This document shows positions 45,022-49,365 of a stretch of DNA of 49,365 nucleotides, in pieces. The translations under genes and the position numbers were made by a program. Below the pieces are notes generated by a model, which made no database searches, had not been told where the DNA came from, and saw nothing but the letters and a program-made list of their open reading frames with translations. The first letter of the stretch is position 1; each line of letters begins with the position of its first letter. Source of the stretch: Xanthobacteraceae bacterium (GTDB taxonomy: Bacteria > Pseudomonadota > Alphaproteobacteria > Rhizobiales > Xanthobacteraceae); the NCBI GenBank assembly GCA_036270895.1, contig DATBBS010000609.1:1-49365 (forward strand), written 5' to 3'.

Positions 45022-46509
45022 CTACGCCCTGGCGCGTTCGTTTCGCCGCGCCTCGAGCTCGACGGCGCGGTCCGGGATGATGATGTGGAACGCCGCCCCG
45101 ATGGTGCCCTCGGCGAGGCGGATCTCGCCCCCATGGGCGCGCACGAGCTCGGACGCGATGGCGAGACCCAGCCCGGTGCCGCCGGTGCGGGTCGAGCCCT
45201 GGAAGGCCTCGAACAGATGCTCGCGCGCCTTCTCCGGGAAGCCGGGCCCGGTGTCGGCGACATCGATCACCACCACCGCGCCCTCGCGCCGGCCGGTGAT
45301 GCGGATCTGGTCGCGCGCCGGGTCGTTGGGCTCGCGCGTCTCCAGCGCCTGGACGGCGTTGCGGGTGAGGTTGATCAGGACGCGCAAGAGCTGATCGTGA
45401 TCGGCGTCGACCATCAGGCCGCGCTCGACCGCGCTGATCCAGCCGATCCGCGCATCGGGCTCCAGATCGAGGGTCTCGCGCACCTCCTCGACCAGCGCCG
45501 CGAGCCCGATCATCTTGCGGTCGGGAGCAGGTTCCTGCGCGCGCCCGTAGGACAGCGTCGACTGGCAGAAATCGATCGCGCGCTCGAGCGCGCGCATCAG
45601 CTTGGGCGCGAAGCGCTGCACCCGCGGGTCGGGCAGATGCGACAGCCGGTCGGAGATGAGCTGGGCCGACGCGAGCAGGTTGCGCAGATCATGATTGATC
45701 TTCGACACCGCCAGGCCGAGCGCCGCGAGGCGGTTCTTCTGTTGCAGCATCGAGGCGATGTCGTGCTGCATGGTGCCGAGCTCGCGCTCGGCGATGCCGA
45801 TCTCGTCCTGCCGGCCCGACGGCGTGATGACGCGCGCGGGATTTTCGGGATCGGCGCGGAACGCGATCATATTGGTGGTGATGCGGTGCATCGGCCGCAC
45901 GAACATGTAATGCAGCGCGAGATAGAGGAACACCGCCGCGATCGCCGAAATAACCAGCGATATCACCAGCACGTTGCGCGAATAGCGCCACATCGCACGG
46001 CGCAGGGGTCCCTCGTCGATCACGATCTCGAGGAAATCGCCGCCCATCGGGGCCGACCCGACGACCCGCATGATGTCGCTGTCGCTGCAGAAAAACAGCG
46101 TGTCGAAGGCTTCGATGATCGAGGTGACCATCGAAAGGTCGCGCATGTCGACGTCCTGGCGGATCTGCTGCCGCACGTCGCTGGTGGCGAGCACCCGGCG
46201 CTGCTGGTCGATCCGCATCGCCACCATGCGGGCGCCGATGCTCTCGAGGAGGCGCTGCGACAGGCTCTCGAGCACCATGTTCTTGGGCGCTTCCTTGAGC
46301 ACGATCGCCGCCGTATGGGCGGCGGCCAGGCGATCGTTGAGCCATCCGATGCGGAAACTGGCGATCGACGGAACGTAGAAGATTACCTCCGCCAGCATGA
46401 TGGCGACGATGGTGAGGCCGAACAGCTTGCCCGACAGGCCGAGCCGCGCGGTCCAGCGCGGGCCGGGTCCAGGGCCTTGCGGCGTCGGTATGGTGGTCCT
46501 GCGAAACAT
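45022..46509 (-). CDS. membrane sensor histidine kinase (two TM, HAMP-like linker), no adjacent response regulator
   Basis: ORF 45022..46536 begins at a TTG, so I prefer ATG 46509. The H-box is INHDLRNLLASA, with N box LINLTRNAVQA and G boxes DTGPGF and GTGLGLAIA. Confidence 0.8.
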   Translation of the reverse strand: MFRRTTIPTPQGPGPGPRWTARLGLSGKLFGLTIVAIMLAEVIFYVPSIASFRIGWLNDRLAAAHTAAIVLKEAPKNMVLESLSQRLLESIGARMVAMRIDQQRRVLATSDVRQQIRQDVDMRDLSMVTSIIEAFDTLFFCSDSDIMRVVGSAPMGGDFLEIVIDEGPLRRAMWRYSRNVLVISLVISAIAAVFLYLALHYMFVRPMHRITTNMIAFRADPENPARVITPSGRQDEIGIAERELGTMQHDIASMLQQKNRLAALGLAVSKINHDLRNLLASAQLISDRLSHLPDPRVQRFAPKLMRALERAIDFCQSTLSYGRAQEPAPDRKMIGLAALVEEVRETLDLEPDARIGWISAVERGLMVDADHDQLLRVLINLTRNAVQALETREPNDPARDQIRITGRREGAVVVIDVADTGPGFPEKAREHLFEAFQGSTRTGGTGLGLAIASELVRAHGGEIRLAEGTIGAAFHIIIPDRAVELEARRNERARA

Positions 46510-46532
46510 GAATCTATTCAACCACTTATCTC

Positions 46533-47957
46533 TCAACCCAGGCGGCGCAACCAGACGATGATGCGCCTGACCAGGGGACTCGTCAAACTGCCCTTGAAAT
46601 AGGTGATCGCCGCGCGTTTTCCGACCTCGCCCAAGGTCGGATAGGCCACCACGGAACCCGCGAGCGCGCGGATATTGAGGCGCTGGCTGATGGCCAGCGT
46701 CCAGGTCGCGATCAGCTCGCCCGCATTCATGCCGACGATGGTGGCGCCCAGGATGCGTCCATAGCGGCTCGTGATGACCTTGATGTGACCATGGGTCGCC
46801 CGTTCGGCCTGGGCGCGGTCGTTCTCGTGATAGGGCCAGCGCAGCACCCGGATCTTGTACTTGCGCTTCCTCGCCTCGGCTTCGCTCAGACCCACATGGG
46901 CGAGCTCCGGCTCGGTGAAGGTCACCCAGGGGATCGAGTCATGGTCGACCCGCACGGGCAGGCGGAACAGCGCGTGCCTGACGACCAGGCCCGCATGGTA
47001 GTTGGCGACGTGGGTCAGCGGCAGGTCGCCGGTGACGTCGCCGACCGCATAGACACGCTTGTTCGTCGTGCGCAGCCGGTTGTCCACCACGATGCCGCGG
47101 CGCTCATACTTTATTCCGGCCGCCTCGAGGCCGAGGTCGCCGGTGTTCGGCGTGCGTCCTGCCGCGACCAGGAGATGCGTGCCGTCGATGGTCTCGTCGC
47201 CGTCGCCGCGTGCGATCGCGACGCGGATTTTTCCGTCCGTGCGTGCCACACGGGTGACCACGACGCCCGCACGGATCACGACGCCGTCGCGCTTGAGCTG
47301 ATCGAGCACGACCTCGGCGCATTCGGGGTCGTGTCGGGCGAGCGGCATTGCGGCCTCGATCACCGTCACGTCCGCGCCCAGGCGGCGGAAAGCCTGCGCG
47401 AGCTCGAGCCCGACCGGCCCCGCGCCGATCACCACGAGATGCTCCGGACGCTCGGCCAGGTCGAAAATCGTCTCGTTGGTGAGATGCGGCGTCTCGGTGA
47501 GGCCGGGAATCGCGGGGACCGCCGGCGAGGAGCCGGACGCGATGACGAAGCGCCGCGCCTTGATCTCGAGGTTATCGACCGCGACCGTGGCGGCGTCCTT
47601 GAAGCGCGCCGTGCCGGAAATCACGCGCACCCCGAGGCCGCCGAAGCGTTCCTTGGAATCGTTCGGCGCGATCGCCGCGATGACGCGCCGGACATGGTCG
47701 CGCACGCGCAGGAAGTCGACCTTCGGGTGTCCGGCCGAGACGCCGAATTCCGCCGAGGTCTCGAATTCGGCGGCGCGTCGGGCAGCCGCAATCAGCGCTT
47801 TCGACGGCACGCAGCCATAGTTGAGGCAATCGCCGCCCATTTTGCCCTTCTCGATGAGCACCACCGGCACCCCGAAGGCGGCGGCCGCCGCCGCGACCGA
47901 GAGCCCGCCGGAGCCGGCCCCGATCACGCAGATGTCGGGTTCGAGGATGTCGGGCAT
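46533..47957 (-). CDS. class I FAD-dependent pyridine nucleotide-disulfide oxidoreductase (dihydrolipoyl dehydrogenase / mercuric reductase-like)
   Basis: 474 aa with the FAD motif GAGSGG, the redox-active disulfide GGDCLNYGCVPSK, the NAD motif GAGPVGLE and a C-terminal dimerisation domain. Confidence 0.85.
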   Translation of the reverse strand: MPDILEPDICVIGAGSGGLSVAAAAAAFGVPVVLIEKGKMGGDCLNYGCVPSKALIAAARRAAEFETSAEFGVSAGHPKVDFLRVRDHVRRVIAAIAPNDSKERFGGLGVRVISGTARFKDAATVAVDNLEIKARRFVIASGSSPAVPAIPGLTETPHLTNETIFDLAERPEHLVVIGAGPVGLELAQAFRRLGADVTVIEAAMPLARHDPECAEVVLDQLKRDGVVIRAGVVVTRVARTDGKIRVAIARGDGDETIDGTHLLVAAGRTPNTGDLGLEAAGIKYERRGIVVDNRLRTTNKRVYAVGDVTGDLPLTHVANYHAGLVVRHALFRLPVRVDHDSIPWVTFTEPELAHVGLSEAEARKRKYKIRVLRWPYHENDRAQAERATHGHIKVITSRYGRILGATIVGMNAGELIATWTLAISQRLNIRALAGSVVAYPTLGEVGKRAAITYFKGSLTSPLVRRIIVWLRRLG

Positions 47958-47966
47958 GCGGTGACC

Positions 47967-48782
47967 TCAGCGGGGGCCTGACGATTCCGACAGGGCGCGC
48001 GCCTTGCGGCGTCTGACCACGACCGGGACGAGGGCGAGCAGGCCAAGCGCCACCAGGCCGGCGATCAGCTGCGGCGTCGCGGCCGTGGCGGGATCCAGAT
48101 CGAGCGCGCAGTGACTGCCGCCGGCCGACTCGCAGGCTCCATAGGCCGTCAGTTGCGCCGCGGCCGCGCGGTCTAAACCGGCGCCGAAGATGGAGAACGC
48201 GAAAGTGCCCGGGATGATGCCGAGCGCGGTCGCGGCCACGAAGGTCATCAGCCGCACCCCGCACAGCGCCGGCGCCAGGTTGACGAGCCAGAACGGGAAG
48301 ACCGGCACCAGGCGCAGGAACAGGAGGTAATAAAAGGCATCGTCGCAAAAGCCGGACGCCAGCTTCGCGGCCCGTTCGCCCGCCCGCCGGATCATCCATT
48401 CGCCCAGCGCGCTCTTGGCGATGAGGAAAATGACCGTCGCCCCCGCGGTCGCGCCGACCAGCGCCGCCAGACCGCCGACCCAGGCGCCGAAAATAGCTCC
48501 GCCAAGGATCGTCAGAAATACCGCCCCCGGCAGCGACAGCGCGACCGCGAGCGCATAGGTGGCCGCAAAACCGGCGAGCGCCGCGATCGGGTGCACCGCC
48601 ACCACCGCATCGATGGCGGCGCGGCTCCTCACCAGCCCGGCCAGCGACAGATGCTCATGCCACCCGAACGCGATGACGGCCACGCTCACGAGGACGATCA
48701 GCGCGAACGGCAGGAGCCGCACGAGTCGACGCCGCGCCGTGCGGGCAGGCGTCGCCGGATGGGGGTCGGCGGGAAAGGACAT
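47967..48782 (-). CDS. TVP38/TMEM64 (DedA-related, SNARE-associated) membrane protein
   Basis: Based on ORF 47967..48911, with the start at ATG 48782. It has multiple TM segments and the block LRLVPVFPFWLVNLAPAL typical of the family. It ends 9 nt before the oxidoreductase start. Confidence 0.7.
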   Translation of the reverse strand: MSFPADPHPATPARTARRRLVRLLPFALIVLVSVAVIAFGWHEHLSLAGLVRSRAAIDAVVAVHPIAALAGFAATYALAVALSLPGAVFLTILGGAIFGAWVGGLAALVGATAGATVIFLIAKSALGEWMIRRAGERAAKLASGFCDDAFYYLLFLRLVPVFPFWLVNLAPALCGVRLMTFVAATALGIIPGTFAFSIFGAGLDRAAAAQLTAYGACESAGGSHCALDLDPATAATPQLIAGLVALGLLALVPVVVRRRKARALSESSGPR

Positions 48783-48939
48783 GAACCCTGATTTTGGACC
48801 CTGACGTGTGATGCCCGGCCGCCAGCAGGCCGGGTCTTCCGCGGCCATGTATATCCGAGCCGGTCGGCGGGCGGACCCCCTTGTCACCCTCATGTGAGCG
48901 GACGTGAACACGATTTTCGGCTCGTAACCTACCTACGAC

Positions 48940-49053
48940 CTCATCCTGAGGAGCCCGCCGCAGGCGGGCGTCTCGAAGGATGGGCAACGGGCGAGGGTGC
49001 AAGCGGCCCATGGTTCGAGACGCGCGCTGCCGCGCGCTCCTCACCATGAGGGA
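48940..49053. repeat. REP-like elements, family D
   Basis: The units are ctcatcctgaggagcccgccgcaggcgggcgtctcgaaggatgg (internal hairpin gcccgcc/ggcgggc) and ccatggttcgagacgcgcgctgccgcgcgctcctcaccatgaggg (internal hairpin). They lie in the intergenic region upstream of rpmH. Confidence 0.7.
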
Positions 49054-49240
49054 TGTACTTTTGGCCCGTCGGAACCGCGTGCCGGGCTGCATTGACGGGA
49101 CCGGGGGGCCTCCCGTATAAGCCGCCTACCTTTAAGTCGCGCCGACCCCCAAAACCCGGTATTTTGCTGGAACCCGAGGTCATGGCGCATTGGCGGCCGG
49201 TCGACCGGCGCGCCGCCCGGGACAAGCGGAGAACAGACTC

Positions 49241-49365
49241 GTGAAGCGGACCTACCAACCGAGCAAATTGGTGCGCAAGCGCCGCCACGGTTTCCGGAGC
49301 CGCATGGCGACCAAGGGCGGCCGCAAGGTGCTCAACGCCCGCCGTACCCGCGGCCGGAAGCGCCT
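49241..49365 (+). CDS. rpmH: 50S ribosomal protein L34, 5' part (runs off the right edge)
   Basis: My own translation from GTG 49241 (GGAGA upstream) gives [41 protein letters not shown]., which is nearly invariant L34 sequence. Confidence 0.95.
   Translation, partial: MKRTYQPSKLVRKRRHGFRSRMATKGGRKVLNARRTRGRKR

Noticed and set aside
304-49053. Recurrent short repeats as a possible CRISPR array
   Set aside because: The repeats belong to four different palindromic REP-like families and are scattered singly or in inverted pairs in intergenic gaps. They show no regular repeat-spacer periodicity, and no cas genes are present.

Overview
Visibly GC-rich chromosomal segment, most likely from an alphaproteobacterium. 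The intergenic REP-like repeat families (GTCATTGCGAGCG..GAAGCAATC; GTAGCCCGGATGAAGCGAAGCGAAATCCGGGG; GTAGGTTGGGTCGAGCGAAGCG..CCCAACA; CTCATCCTGAGGAGC..GTCTCGAAGGATGG) are ones I associate from memory with Bradyrhizobium/Rhodopseudomonas/Nitrobacter-type genomes. I call about 50 protein genes, one tRNA-Arg(ACG), three gene remnants, several REP clusters, intrinsic terminators, one textbook sigma-54 promoter and a TetR promoter/operator pair. Core content: efp-epmA-bluB-epmB (EF-P plus its beta-lysylation genes), rpoH, the 5' end of rpmH, and a peptide/nickel-type ABC importer operon with a second, divergent binding-protein gene. It also includes Bug/TctC, aspartate dehydrogenase, TauE and a KdpD-C-terminal/KdpE-like two-component pair. 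Accessory content: two small gene islets, an AT-richer patch next to rpoH, a TetR/MFS/SDR/hydrolase block, a signal-transduction cluster around tRNA-Arg, and a same-strand array TVP38 / FAD-disulfide reductase / histidine kinase / type III PKS / ICMT-like methyltransferase. The most unusual observation is structural and occurs twice. An intact gene (DASS permease; SAM methyltransferase) is followed by 2.7-4.1 kb of unrelated genes and then by a diverged ghost copy of that gene's own 3' end, with no recombinase in either islet. A third scar sits at tRNA-Arg, where a recombinase-like C-terminal ORF fragment reads into the tRNA 3' end. An 850-bp ORF-poor, highly structured region with two orphan plus-strand terminators is a candidate sRNA locus. 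I found no CRISPR array, no intact transposase or integrase, and no recognisable defence system. All family assignments come from reading the translations and need a database search to confirm.
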